A stretch of DNA of 62,530 bases, from contig JAKPTG010000115.1 of the NCBI GenBank assembly GCA_029571005.1, forward strand, positions 1-62,530, in the 5' to 3' direction. The position numbers were made by a program, and so were the translations under genes. This stretch comes from Candidatus Fermentibacterota bacterium. Its GTDB lineage: Bacteria > Fermentibacterota > Fermentibacteria > Fermentibacterales > JCC-6. A model generated the notes under the pieces. That model did not search any database and was not told the origin of the DNA. It saw only the letters and a list, made by a program, of their open reading frames with translations. Positions 36,903 through 46,080 of the stretch are shown in pieces; position 1 is the stretch's first letter; each line of letters starts with the position of its first letter.

Positions 36903-38651
36903 ATGGCCTCCAACCACATGTCCGGCATTTCCAGAGACTTTCGCAGGCGGATCTGTGCGGATCTGGAGGCTTCCGGAGGCGACGTTCAGGTTCTGACACG
37001 CCAGGAAGAATCCTTTTCGCTGGTGGCCGTCTCTGCCTGGGACTGGGCCGGCCTCGCATCCATAGTCATCGGCGAACTCCACCAGTTCGGATGGAACCTG
37101 GACTTCGTGGACGCCTTCACCCTGAAGTCGCCGGAGGGCAGGCGCGGCGTGGTGATAGCAGGCGTCAGCACTCCCGACTCGGAAACAAGGGGCGCCTTTC
37201 TCCGGGACGGCGACAAGCTGGAGGCGCTGCTTAAGAAACTTGCGGTGGGCAGGGAGGGCATCATAAGCCTTCTCAGCAGGGCCACCGAACGGATAGAGAT
37301 ATATGAAGCCGTCAGGGAGGCGCTGGAGCTGCTCTACCGCGGCGGCATCCCCCGGGATGTGTCCGGAGCCAAGGGCGAGCTTGTACTCTTCATCAGCGCC
37401 AGGAGCGACCAGTATCTGAGCCAGAGAAAACCCTCCGACCTGGCGTGGATAGTCAAGACCAACAACGATCTGATCCGAAGGGTCCGACGCAGCAGGGGGA
37501 GGGCCGCCTTCAAGGTGAGGAACCTGAAGACCGCGGAGGAACACCTTACCGGGATCAACCTGGTGGCGTACGAGAGGGATGTTTCGTTCCAGAATCTTCT
37601 CACCGCCCTCAGTTATGCGTGGCCCGGCTCCACCGTCCGCCATCAGAGAAGGTACACCACCCCCGACGGGATCCTGTCCGTGAGGGTCGAGATGTCGGGC
37701 CCCTCCGGGCTGCCTGCATCCAGGGACGAAACGAGCTGCATCACCGCCACACTGAACAGCCTTCTGGTGTCCAACCGTTTGGAGAGGCTGGTAAGGATAC
37801 ACAGGTACGGCGGCAGGGAGGACTACGCCAGGGCACTGATCCCCCTGCTCATGAAGGAGTGCAGGCAAACCGGGCTCAACCAGGCGTACCTGTCCATGGA
37901 GACCGCGGAGACCTTCGCCGCGAAGCTGAAACTTCTTCTGGTCTCCGCCGGAAGCGGCGATTCCAGGGAGCACGACAACCGGGTGCTCGCCCTGGTGGGC
38001 GGGATCAACGAGAGAGACGGCCTTTCCGTGACCAGCTTCAAGAGCCCGTCGCATTACGGCGACGTATGGGTGGATGTGCTGGACATCACCGTTCAGCGCG
38101 GTGAGTTTCAGGATATGGAAGAGGCGTACCTTGCGGTCAAGTCCGCCATCAGGGAAGCCTACGGGCGCTTCAGGGACTTCGATCAGGGCATGAGACTGAA
38201 CGACGTGAAGAAGCTCGAGGTGGTGAAGGGTTTGCTCCGGGACATCCCCGACGGGCTGGTGACGGATTTCTACTACCGGCTGGAGGACTTTCTAAGGGCT
38301 TCCGTGTCCCCCGGGGAGCTGGCGGAACACATAAGGCTCGCCTTCGGAACCATCAGGAGGGTACTTCAGGGCTCATTGAGGTTCGAGAAGCCCGTCTGGA
38401 CCGATATCCTGTCGGGAGGCCGCGGGGAAGCCACCGTGATCTGCTGCGGCAGGAGAGGCGAGATGCACGGGTTCCGGGCCCTGCTGGACGTGGTGAGGGA
38501 CTACAAGGTAACGGCGAGCATAATAGAGTGGTCCGGCGCCTCCGCGATTCTTCTCAGACTCCAGTCCTCCGGGGGGGCCCTGGATCCGGATTCCCGGAAC
38601 AGAGTGCTCGAGGCCCTGGAGGAAAGGCTCGGGAAAAACCGGGACAGATGA
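36903..38651 (+). CDS. Hypothetical protein (582 aa) with possible ACT-like repeats
   Basis: ATG preceded by AAGGAAGGAAGA. Host-like codon usage and no catalytic motif recognised. Segments such as FSLVAVSAWDWAGLASIVIGELHQFGWNL look ACT-like (weak call). Confidence 0.68.
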   Translation: MASNHMSGISRDFRRRICADLEASGGDVQVLTRQEESFSLVAVSAWDWAGLASIVIGELHQFGWNLDFVDAFTLKSPEGRRGVVIAGVSTPDSETRGAFLRDGDKLEALLKKLAVGREGIISLLSRATERIEIYEAVREALELLYRGGIPRDVSGAKGELVLFISARSDQYLSQRKPSDLAWIVKTNNDLIRRVRRSRGRAAFKVRNLKTAEEHLTGINLVAYERDVSFQNLLTALSYAWPGSTVRHQRRYTTPDGILSVRVEMSGPSGLPASRDETSCITATLNSLLVSNRLERLVRIHRYGGREDYARALIPLLMKECRQTGLNQAYLSMETAETFAAKLKLLLVSAGSGDSREHDNRVLALVGGINERDGLSVTSFKSPSHYGDVWVDVLDITVQRGEFQDMEEAYLAVKSAIREAYGRFRDFDQGMRLNDVKKLEVVKGLLRDIPDGLVTDFYYRLEDFLRASVSPGELAEHIRLAFGTIRRVLQGSLRFEKPVWTDILSGGRGEATVICCGRRGEMHGFRALLDVVRDYKVTASIIEWSGASAILLRLQSSGGALDPDSRNRVLEALEERLGKNRDR

Positions 38652-38799
38652 GCGGCGGGGTGCACCGGGGCGTTCCGGCACCGGATGGAGAGGCGCGGAA
38701 GGAGCGTCACGGGGCTTCCGCCCACCCCGGCGGTCCTCCCGCCGACCCGGCGGTGGATCGTACCATACGGAAGATGAGACTTTCCGGCGGCGATGACTC

Positions 38800-38829
38800 T
38801 TGACAAGGGCGGGTGCAGGGCGCTATTCT
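38800..38829 (+). promoter_or_regulatory. Sigma70-like promoter of tRNA(CAT)
   Basis: TTGACA (38800-05), 18 nt spacer, TATTCT (38824-29), ending 12 nt before the tRNA 5' end. Confidence 0.55.
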
Positions 38830-38841
38830 TCCTTTTCCGGT

Positions 38842-38917
38842 GGCGGTGTAGCTCAGTTGGTAGAGCAGCGGAATCATAATCCGCGGGTCAGGGGTTCAAG
38901 TCCCTTCGCCGCTACCA
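38842..38917 (+). tRNA. tRNA with anticodon CAT (elongator Met or, more likely, tRNA-Ile2 that needs lysidine), CCA encoded
   Basis: GGCGGTGTAGCTCAGTTGGTAGAGCAGCGGAATCATAATCCGCGGGTCAGGGGTTCAAGTCCCTTCGCCGCTACCA is a 76-nt cloverleaf with anticodon loop ATCATAA. It is not an initiator: positions 1 and 72 are paired and A31-U39 is present. Confidence 0.88.
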
Positions 38918-39030
38918 TCACCCTTGGGAGCGGCTCCGAGCAAACGGAACCGATTTCAGCAAACCAAACCATTGATCCCCAATGTAGTGTCACACATTAC
39001 CCTCTTTGATCGTATGTATTTGTATCACAC

Positions 39031-40008
39031 ATGGATTGCGACGGTCAGTGGGCTTTGTTCAAGCCCGTCCCCCATATTTGTTCCGTGAAGAAGACGGTCG
39101 AGAGGGTTTTTCTGGAGACGGTAGCCCGGGAGGGCCTGATCCCGGATGGGTCCGCGGTAACCGCGGCGGTATCCGGAGGGGCCGACTCCATGGCCATGCT
39201 CCATCTCCTCATGCGTTTCGCGCCGTCCCGGGGGTGGCGGCTGGACGTCGTTCACATAGACCACGGCCTCAGGGTCGAATCCCGGGAAGATGCGGATTTC
39301 GTGGCCCGGACCTGCCGGGCGGCGGACATTCCATGCAGGGTACTGAACCCGCCGGAAGAGCCGGGCGGCTCCATGGAAAGCCGGTGGAGCACGGTGCGGC
39401 AGGCCGTTTACTCGGGAAGTTCGTCCGTTGTGGCGGTCGGCCACACCGGGAGTGACCGGGCGGAAACTCTCATCCTGCGGCTTGTGGAAGGTTCGGGGCT
39501 GCGGGGCCTCGGGGGGATGGATTACCGGGGCAGGGGGCCGGTGGTGAGACCCATGCTGGATCTGCACAGGGACCAGGTCAGGGAGTACCTGATAAGACAG
39601 AACCTCCCCTGGCGCGAGGATGCCACCAATCAGGACCAGTCCCCGGCCAGGAACAGGATAAGGCTCAGGGTGATGCCGGTCCTGGAGAATTGCTTTCCCG
39701 GTGCCGTGGAAGGTCTGGCCCGGTCCGCATCCATTCTTTCGACCTGGCGCGATTTGCAGGAAATGCTCGGAGACGAATCGGACTCCGGGATTCCCCGGGG
39801 GGAGTACATCGGAAGCCCTCCCGCCCTTCGCCTTGTCCTTCTCTGGTCCCTGGCCGGGAAGCCCCGATCGGGGCTGGGGGAGCTGAAGAAAACCGATGCC
39901 TGGATCATGTCCGGAGGAACCGGGGAGCATCTGCTTCCCGGCGGCCTGAAGCTCACGGTCCAAAAGGACGCCCTTTTGGTGTCCACCCGAAAGGGCAGGT
40001 TCCGATGA
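39031..40008 (+). CDS. tilS: tRNA(Ile)-lysidine synthase
   Basis: PP-loop AAVSGGADSMAML, followed by HIDHGLR and AVGHTGSDRAET. ATG at 39031; GTG at 39085 is an alternative start. Confidence 0.87.
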   Translation: MDCDGQWALFKPVPHICSVKKTVERVFLETVAREGLIPDGSAVTAAVSGGADSMAMLHLLMRFAPSRGWRLDVVHIDHGLRVESREDADFVARTCRAADIPCRVLNPPEEPGGSMESRWSTVRQAVYSGSSSVVAVGHTGSDRAETLILRLVEGSGLRGLGGMDYRGRGPVVRPMLDLHRDQVREYLIRQNLPWREDATNQDQSPARNRIRLRVMPVLENCFPGAVEGLARSASILSTWRDLQEMLGDESDSGIPRGEYIGSPPALRLVLLWSLAGKPRSGLGELKKTDAWIMSGGTGEHLLPGGLKLTVQKDALLVSTRKGRFR

Positions 40009-40511
40009 AACCCCTGATTCCCGCCGAAGTCATTCAGGCCCGCATCGCGGAACTCGGGGCGGAGCTCGACACGTTGTACGGAGACGATGAAGTGGTGGTC
40101 GTCCCGGTGCTGAAGGGCTCTTTCGTGTTCGCCGCCGACCTGGTGAGGGCCATGCGGTGCAACGTGACGGTGGACTTCATAGGAGCCTCGAGTTACGGCG
40201 AAAGCACTAAAAGCTCCGGCGAGGTGAGGCTGACCCTGGACTCCTCCGTTTCCCTGATGGGCAAGCAGGTGCTTCTGGTGGAGGATATCGTAGACACCGG
40301 GCTAACGCTGGCCTATATTCAAAAGTTTATTAAATCGCGATCCCCCGCCGGGCTCCGTACCGTGGCGCTCCTGGACAAGCCCGCCCGGAGGGTGGCGCCG
40401 GTGGAGTTGTTCAGGGTTCTTTTCCGGATCCCTGACCGTTTCGTGGTGGGCTACGGTCTGGACGGCCCGGGCGGCCTTTACAGAAACCTGCCCTTTGTGG
40501 CGGTTCTTTGA
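40005..40511 (+). CDS. hpt: Hypoxanthine phosphoribosyltransferase
   Basis: VLKGSFVF.ADL and the PRPP motif VLLVEDIVDTGLT. ATGA overlap with tilS; the tilS-hpt-ftsH order is conserved. Confidence 0.9.
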   Translation: MKPLIPAEVIQARIAELGAELDTLYGDDEVVVVPVLKGSFVFAADLVRAMRCNVTVDFIGASSYGESTKSSGEVRLTLDSSVSLMGKQVLLVEDIVDTGLTLAYIQKFIKSRSPAGLRTVALLDKPARRVAPVELFRVLFRIPDRFVVGYGLDGPGGLYRNLPFVAVL

Positions 40512-40524
40512 TGACGAAAGGTCC

Positions 40525-42480
40525 ATGATGGACATCAACCGCGGCGATGGAAACAAGCACGAAGACGGCCGCCGGCCGCCGGTGGCGGGCTGCACCATGA
40601 GAACCATCACCTTGTGGCTTCTCCTGGGTCTCGCCGCCTACGCCCTGGTCGTGCTGATGAACAGGGGCACCGATACCGCAGACATCACCTATACCCAGAT
40701 GATGAACCTGTCCGAAAGGGGCGGAATCAAATCGGCCGTTCTGTACACCGGCGGTCTGGTGGAAGGTGAATTCAGGTCTCCTCAGACCTACGACGGAGTG
40801 GAGTACATAAAGTTCGCGAGTTTCGTGCCCTTCGAGAACCAGCAGGCCGTGTCGGACCTCATGGAAAACGGCGTCATGGTGGAGGGGAAACCGCCGAAGG
40901 TGGACTTCTTCACCTTCCTCTTCAACCTGGGCCCCATGCTGCTCCTGCTGGTCTTCTGGCTGTTCATCATGAGGAATGCCGCGGGGGGCGGAAAGGTCTT
41001 CAGCTTCGGAAAGAGCCGGGCGAGAGTCGTGGGTGCGGACAGGCCGAAGACCACCTTCGAGGACGTGGCCGGCTGCGATGAGGCCAAGACCGAGCTGGAA
41101 GAGATAATCGAGTTTCTGCGGGAACCGGCCAAGTTCCAGCGCCTCGGGGGCAAGGTCCCCCGGGGCGTGATACTCATGGGTTCCCCCGGAACCGGGAAGA
41201 CCCTTCTCGCCCGGGCGGTGGCGGGAGAGGCTAAGGTTCCCTTCTTCAGCCTCAGCGGAAGCGATTTCGTCGAGATGTTCGTGGGGGTGGGGGCCAGCAG
41301 GGTCAGGGACCTGTTCGTTCAGGCAAAGGCTAAGTCGCCATCTATCATATTCATAGACGAGATTGACGCTGTGGGAAGACATCGGGGCTCCGGGCTGGGC
41401 GGGGGGCACGACGAGAGGGAGCAGACCCTCAACGCCCTTCTGGTGGAGATGGACGGTTTCGAGTCCAACCAGGCGGTGATTGTCATGGCCGCCACGAACA
41501 GGCCCGATGTGCTGGACCCGGCCCTGCTCAGGCCGGGCCGTTTCGACCGCCGGGTGGTGGTGAGCCTTCCGGACATCAAGGGCAGAAGGGCGATTCTTGG
41601 GGTTCATACCGCGAAGAAACCCTTGTTCAGGGATGTGGACCTGGAGAAGATCGCCAGGAGGACCCCCGGCTTCAGCGGGGCGGACCTGGAGAGCCTCGCC
41701 AACGAGGCTGCCCTCAAGGCCGCCCGGCGCGGAGCGAAGACGATCCATCAGGAGGACTTCGAATACGCTGCGGACAGAATCCTCCTGGGAATCGAGCGGC
41801 ACACCCTGGTGATGAGCGCCGAGGAGCGCCGGCTCACGGCGTACCATGAGAGCGGCCACGCCATCGTGAACATCTTCGTTCCCCACTCGGACCCGGTCCA
41901 CAAGGTCACCATAGTGCCGAGGGACCGGGCACTGGGGCTTACCAGCTTCCTCCCCAGGGACGACCGCCACAACTACTCCCTGGAGTTTCTGCTCAGCATG
42001 CTGGCCCGGGCCATGGGGGGCAGGGCCGCGGAGCGGGTATTCCTCAACACCAGCAGCACCGGCTCCGGGAACGACCTGATGCAGGCTACGGACCTGGCCC
42101 GCCGCATGGTGTGCGAGTGGGGGATGAGCCCGGTCCTTGGCCCGGTGGCTCTCCACGACCAGACCGGCCCCATCTTCCTGGGGAGGGACATGACCCGGAT
42201 AAAGGATTTCAGCGAGGAAACCGCACGAACCGTGGACGCCGAGGTCAAAAGGCTTCTGGACGAGGCGTACTTCAAGGCCGAGGCCATTCTTCTCGAGAAC
42301 AGGGACGTGGTGGACAGGTTTTCCGCTCTCCTGCTGGAAAAGGAGACGCTGGGGGCCGAGGAGATAGGCGCACTCATGGCGGAGCTAAGGCCGGGAAAGG
42401 AGTTCCCCGGTCTGGACCTGGAGCGCCGCGAACCGCCGGAGGGAGAGGGAGCCGATGCAGGATCGGAAGAAGATAGCTGA
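40525..42480 (+). CDS. ftsH: ATP-dependent zinc metalloprotease FtsH
   Basis: Walker [22 protein letters not shown] region [20 protein letters not shown] and zinc motif HESGHAIV. The start is among ATGs at 40525/40528/40597. Confidence 0.93.
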   Translation: MMDINRGDGNKHEDGRRPPVAGCTMRTITLWLLLGLAAYALVVLMNRGTDTADITYTQMMNLSERGGIKSAVLYTGGLVEGEFRSPQTYDGVEYIKFASFVPFENQQAVSDLMENGVMVEGKPPKVDFFTFLFNLGPMLLLLVFWLFIMRNAAGGGKVFSFGKSRARVVGADRPKTTFEDVAGCDEAKTELEEIIEFLREPAKFQRLGGKVPRGVILMGSPGTGKTLLARAVAGEAKVPFFSLSGSDFVEMFVGVGASRVRDLFVQAKAKSPSIIFIDEIDAVGRHRGSGLGGGHDEREQTLNALLVEMDGFESNQAVIVMAATNRPDVLDPALLRPGRFDRRVVVSLPDIKGRRAILGVHTAKKPLFRDVDLEKIARRTPGFSGADLESLANEAALKAARRGAKTIHQEDFEYAADRILLGIERHTLVMSAEERRLTAYHESGHAIVNIFVPHSDPVHKVTIVPRDRALGLTSFLPRDDRHNYSLEFLLSMLARAMGGRAAERVFLNTSSTGSGNDLMQATDLARRMVCEWGMSPVLGPVALHDQTGPIFLGRDMTRIKDFSEETARTVDAEVKRLLDEAYFKAEAILLENRDVVDRFSALLLEKETLGAEEIGALMAELRPGKEFPGLDLERREPPEGEGADAGSEEDS

Positions 42481-43027
42481 GGGGATCAGGCTCCTGCTGG
42501 AGGGGGTCGGCGAAGACCCTAACCGTCCTGGCCTCAGGGAGACGCCGGAGCGGGTGGCCGTCTCCATGTCGGAACTCTGCCGGGGGCTGTCCGGAGACGC
42601 CCGCAAGCCCATCAGCACCATCTCCGCGGCGGACCGGAACGAGATGGTGATAATCAAGGACATCAGCTTCGCCTCCCTGTGCGAGCACCACCTGCTCCCC
42701 TACATCGGACGGTGCGATGTGGTTTACATCCCCGCGGACGACCGCATCGCCGGCCTCGGCTCCATCGTTCAGCTCGTGGAGACCCTGGCGGCGAGGCCCA
42801 CCATCCAGGAGAGGCTCACCACCGAGATAGCGGACACCCTCATGGAGGAAATCGGAGCCAAGGGGGTCATGGTGGTCATGGAGGCCGAGCACATGTGTCT
42901 GGCCATGCGGGGGGTGAAGAAACGGGATTCCCGCATAGTCACCAGCGCCATGCGGGGGCACCTGCGCCGGCTGGAAACCAGGACGGAAGCCCTTTCCCTT
43001 ATCGGCAGGAGCATCAGGGTCAGGTGA
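42455..43027 (+). CDS. folE: GTP cyclohydrolase I
   Basis: ETPERVA, FASLCEHHLLPY and QERLT motifs. RBS GGAGGGAGAGGGAG. Overlaps the ftsH 3' end by 26 nt. Confidence 0.92.
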   Translation: MQDRKKIAEGIRLLLEGVGEDPNRPGLRETPERVAVSMSELCRGLSGDARKPISTISAADRNEMVIIKDISFASLCEHHLLPYIGRCDVVYIPADDRIAGLGSIVQLVETLAARPTIQERLTTEIADTLMEEIGAKGVMVVMEAEHMCLAMRGVKKRDSRIVTSAMRGHLRRLETRTEALSLIGRSIRVR

Positions 43028-44223
43028 TGGGACAGGTCACGCCCCTTCCGCTGGACACCCCGGAACACTGGCTCGGGGTCATGGACCGGTTGGGATGCGA
43101 CAGGCAGGCCTGGAGCCGGGTCAGGGAGAGAAGGGATGTAACGGCTCTCCTGACCGGTCCGGTGAGTCCCCCGGCCGCATCCATCCTCAAACAGGCCATG
43201 CTGGCCGCCGGCGCCGACGCCTTGGTACACCGGCTGGTCCTCACCTGCGGAGTCCCGGAGACAAGGGTTCTCGTTTACGGCACGGCGAAGTGCATCAGGG
43301 CGGGGTGTGAATCCCTTAGGGGCCAGCCCTTCGGTTTGGGCGGCCTGGCGGAATCCATATCCGGGATTATCGGGGTGCCGGACCCCCCGGCCTCCCTGGA
43401 GGTCGGCGGAACGGTGCTGAACTTCGGTCCCGGGCCCCTTTTCATGGGAGTGCTCAACTGCACTCCCGACTCTTTCAGCGACGGCGGTCTGAGACGCACC
43501 CCGGAGGAAACCGTGGAGCACGGCCTGGAAATGCACCGACAGGGAGCATCGGTGATAGATGTGGGAGGCGAGTCCACCAGGCCCGGCTCCGAGCCGATCA
43601 CCCCGGAAGAGCAGATAGCCCGGGTGGTTCCGGTGATCCGGGGAATCAGGAGGTTGTCCGACGTTCCCATAAGCATAGACACCACACTGCCGGAGGTAGC
43701 GAGGGCGGCCCTGGACGCCGGGGCCGACATCATCAATTCCATTGACGGCATGGAAACCCCGGGGATGCCCGAGTTGGCCGGCGATACCGGAGCGGCGGTC
43801 ATCCTCATGCACATGCGGGGAACCCCCAGGGATATGCAGGAGTGTCCGGAGTACACCGACGCTCCCGGGGAGATTGCGGAGTACCTGCTGAACAGGATAG
43901 GGGTCCTCGAGAAGGCCGGTGTGGACAGGGCCCGGATAATTGTGGATCCCGGGATCGGTTTCGGCAAGCGTCCCTGGGACAACCTGAGACTGATCCAGAC
44001 GTTGCCCTGGCTGCGGCGGACCACCGGGTGCAGGGTGCTTCTTGGCCATTCCAGGAAGAGTTTCCTCGGGTTCATCTCCGACGAGCCGGACCCGCTGCGC
44101 CGTGACGCCGCCACCGCTTTGTTGTCCGCCCTTTCGGCGGGCATGGCGGATATGCTCAGGGTGCATGAAGTTCGGCGGAGCGTGCAGGCGGTTTCGGCGG
44201 CCATGAAGGGGGCGGGACGGTGA
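43027..44223 (+). CDS. folP: Dihydropteroate synthase with an N-terminal extension domain
   Basis: GVLNCTPDSFSDGG, DVGGESTRPG and DPGIGFGK motifs. About 130 aa of N-terminal extra domain. GTG at 43024 and ATG at 43027 overlap the folE stop. Confidence 0.88.
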   Translation: MGQVTPLPLDTPEHWLGVMDRLGCDRQAWSRVRERRDVTALLTGPVSPPAASILKQAMLAAGADALVHRLVLTCGVPETRVLVYGTAKCIRAGCESLRGQPFGLGGLAESISGIIGVPDPPASLEVGGTVLNFGPGPLFMGVLNCTPDSFSDGGLRRTPEETVEHGLEMHRQGASVIDVGGESTRPGSEPITPEEQIARVVPVIRGIRRLSDVPISIDTTLPEVARAALDAGADIINSIDGMETPGMPELAGDTGAAVILMHMRGTPRDMQECPEYTDAPGEIAEYLLNRIGVLEKAGVDRARIIVDPGIGFGKRPWDNLRLIQTLPWLRRTTGCRVLLGHSRKSFLGFISDEPDPLRRDAATALLSALSAGMADMLRVHEVRRSVQAVSAAMKGAGR

Positions 44224-45032
44224 GCTTCGGGCTCCTGGGAAGCCCCTTCCTGAGTGTATTCTGGCTTCGGCAGGTGGTGGACGTGCTCCTGCTGACGCTG
44301 ATCGTCTTCGCGCTGATGAAGGCCATCTGGAAGCAGCCCGCCATGAAGGTCATGGGCATGGTGGTGCTGCTGGTGATCGTGGCCGTAGCTCTCCGGCGGA
44401 TGCAGTTCCACGCCACGGGCATGATCCTGGAGGAGGCGGCCAGGCTGCTTCCCGTGGCGCTTATCGTGATCTTCCACGAGGAGATAAAGGACATGCTGGG
44501 GAAGTACGGGCGGCGCATTCAGGAGCTGGAGTTCTTCAGCCGCAACAGGCCCGGACAGATACAGGACGTCTTCCTGGAGGATCTCGTGACCGTCTGCTCC
44601 ACCCTGAGCAGCAAGGGCATGGGCGCCCTTTTCGTCATTCAGAGGGATGAGGACATCACCAGGTTCTGCAGCGATTACCACCCGCTCCCCGGCATCGAGT
44701 TCGTGCCCATCCTTGTGGAGGCGATGCTGACGTCCCCGGGTCCCCTTCACGACGGAGCCCTGGTGATAAAGGACAAGAAAATCATCATGGCCCACGCCTT
44801 TCTGCCTATGCAGCACGGTGTGGAGGGGTTCGGGGGCAGGCATCGGGCCGGGCTCGGCATCAGCGAGAGAACCGATGCCGTGGTGGTGCTGGTGAGCGAG
44901 GAAACCGGAGCCTACAGGCTGGCCCACAAGGGGATACTTTCCCCCTCCCTGAGCGAGAGCGCCCTGAGGAGAAGGCTCTACAACCTTTTCTACCCCTCCG
45001 CCGACCGAAGATCCGAGGGAGCCGGCAATTGA
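44220..45032 (+). CDS. cdaA: Diadenylate cyclase (c-di-AMP synthase), membrane-anchored CdaA type
   Basis: Three N-terminal TM segments, then the DAC domain with HDGALVI and GRHRAGLGISERTDA (DGA/RHR motifs). GTGA overlap with folP. Confidence 0.85.
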   Translation: MSFGLLGSPFLSVFWLRQVVDVLLLTLIVFALMKAIWKQPAMKVMGMVVLLVIVAVALRRMQFHATGMILEEAARLLPVALIVIFHEEIKDMLGKYGRRIQELEFFSRNRPGQIQDVFLEDLVTVCSTLSSKGMGALFVIQRDEDITRFCSDYHPLPGIEFVPILVEAMLTSPGPLHDGALVIKDKKIIMAHAFLPMQHGVEGFGGRHRAGLGISERTDAVVVLVSEETGAYRLAHKGILSPSLSESALRRRLYNLFYPSADRRSEGAGN

Positions 45033-45754
45033 GAAACCTTAAAAAGAACCTGGCCCTGTTGGTTGAAGAGACCCTTGGGGCGGAGACCGAGGGCCTTCCC
45101 CCCCAGTGGCGGGCGAGGCTTTCCCAGGCGATCCCCTTCCGGGAGTTCCGGAACGTTTCCCTGGTCTCCTGCGCGAGTTCACAATGGTGCGGCGCTCCTC
45201 CCGAGACGGGGCTGCCCGGGGCGGCGGCGGTCCTTTTTCTGGCGGGTGCCGCTGCGGTTCACTCGCTCGACCCTGTCGGAGCGGCTCTCCCGGGGATCGA
45301 GGGTTACGACGGGGGAGGGGATCCGACGGCGGCACGGATTCTCGCCGGGGACGCCCTGATCCCCATGGCCGCCGGAACACTCTGCCGGCATGTCCCCTCC
45401 GCCTGCATCAGCCTGACGGGCATGCTCATGAAAACCGCCGGCGGGATTCTGGAGGCCATGAACGACGGAAACCGCCCGGATCCGGCGGCCGGCGAATGGG
45501 TCGCCCGACTGGCCTCCCTGGCGGCCGGAATGGGCGCCGTCTCGGCGGGAGCAGGGCCGGACGGGATCAGGAAGGCGGAGTCGGCCGGTTTCTTGCTGGG
45601 TCTGGCGTCGGTCCTCCCGGGGGAAGCGTCCCTCGAGGCGGAAAGGATGCTGCGGGAGGCCCTGGACACCCTGGGGGGCGGTTCCCCGCTCTTCCGGGAG
45701 ATAGCGGGTCTCATCGCCGCCCGGGGAACCGGGGAAGAAGCACCGCTTTCGTAG
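45029..45754 (+). CDS. Hypothetical protein resembling a polyprenyl synthase that has lost both Asp-rich motifs
   Basis: TTGA overlap with cdaA. ...AAAVHSLDPV... occupies the position expected for the first DDxxD motif, ARILAGDALIP is retained, and no second DDxxD is present. This is a weak family call. Confidence 0.5.
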   Translation: MRNLKKNLALLVEETLGAETEGLPPQWRARLSQAIPFREFRNVSLVSCASSQWCGAPPETGLPGAAAVLFLAGAAAVHSLDPVGAALPGIEGYDGGGDPTAARILAGDALIPMAAGTLCRHVPSACISLTGMLMKTAGGILEAMNDGNRPDPAAGEWVARLASLAAGMGAVSAGAGPDGIRKAESAGFLLGLASVLPGEASLEAERMLREALDTLGGGSPLFREIAGLIAARGTGEEAPLS

Positions 45755-45962
45755 GCGGTTTTTCCCGCCCCGGCCCGGCATCGGGAACCCAATCCCGGCC
45801 ATGGGATGGAAGCGGGCTTCGCGCACCGCCGTCTTCACGTCTTCACAGGAATGCTGGTCGGCCTGACGGCCGGAACCCACCCGATACCCCGACGCCGGGC
45901 GACCGCAGGTTCAGCCCCGGGAGACGCTCCCGCCGGGCACCGGGAGAAGGGGTGTACGGTCT

Positions 45963-45990
45963 CTTGACAATCTTCGGTGTGGCTCTATCT
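45963..45990 (+). promoter_or_regulatory. Candidate sigma70-like promoter of the EIIA-permease gene
   Basis: TTGACA (45963-68), 16 nt spacer, TATCTT (45985-90). Implies a leader of about 85 nt. Confidence 0.45.
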
Positions 45991-46080
45991 TCCCCGCTGA
46001 TCAACCCGGTAACCACAGGTGCAGCGGGCTGCAAGTGTACTTGACGGAAAGTCGTAGCGAAACCTACAACAGCGGTTGCC

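Noticed and set aside
38842-38917. An initiator tRNA-fMet.
   Set aside because: Positions 1 and 72 pair (G-U), unlike the C1xA72 mismatch of bacterial initiators. The anticodon stem has A31-U39 rather than three consecutive G-C pairs.
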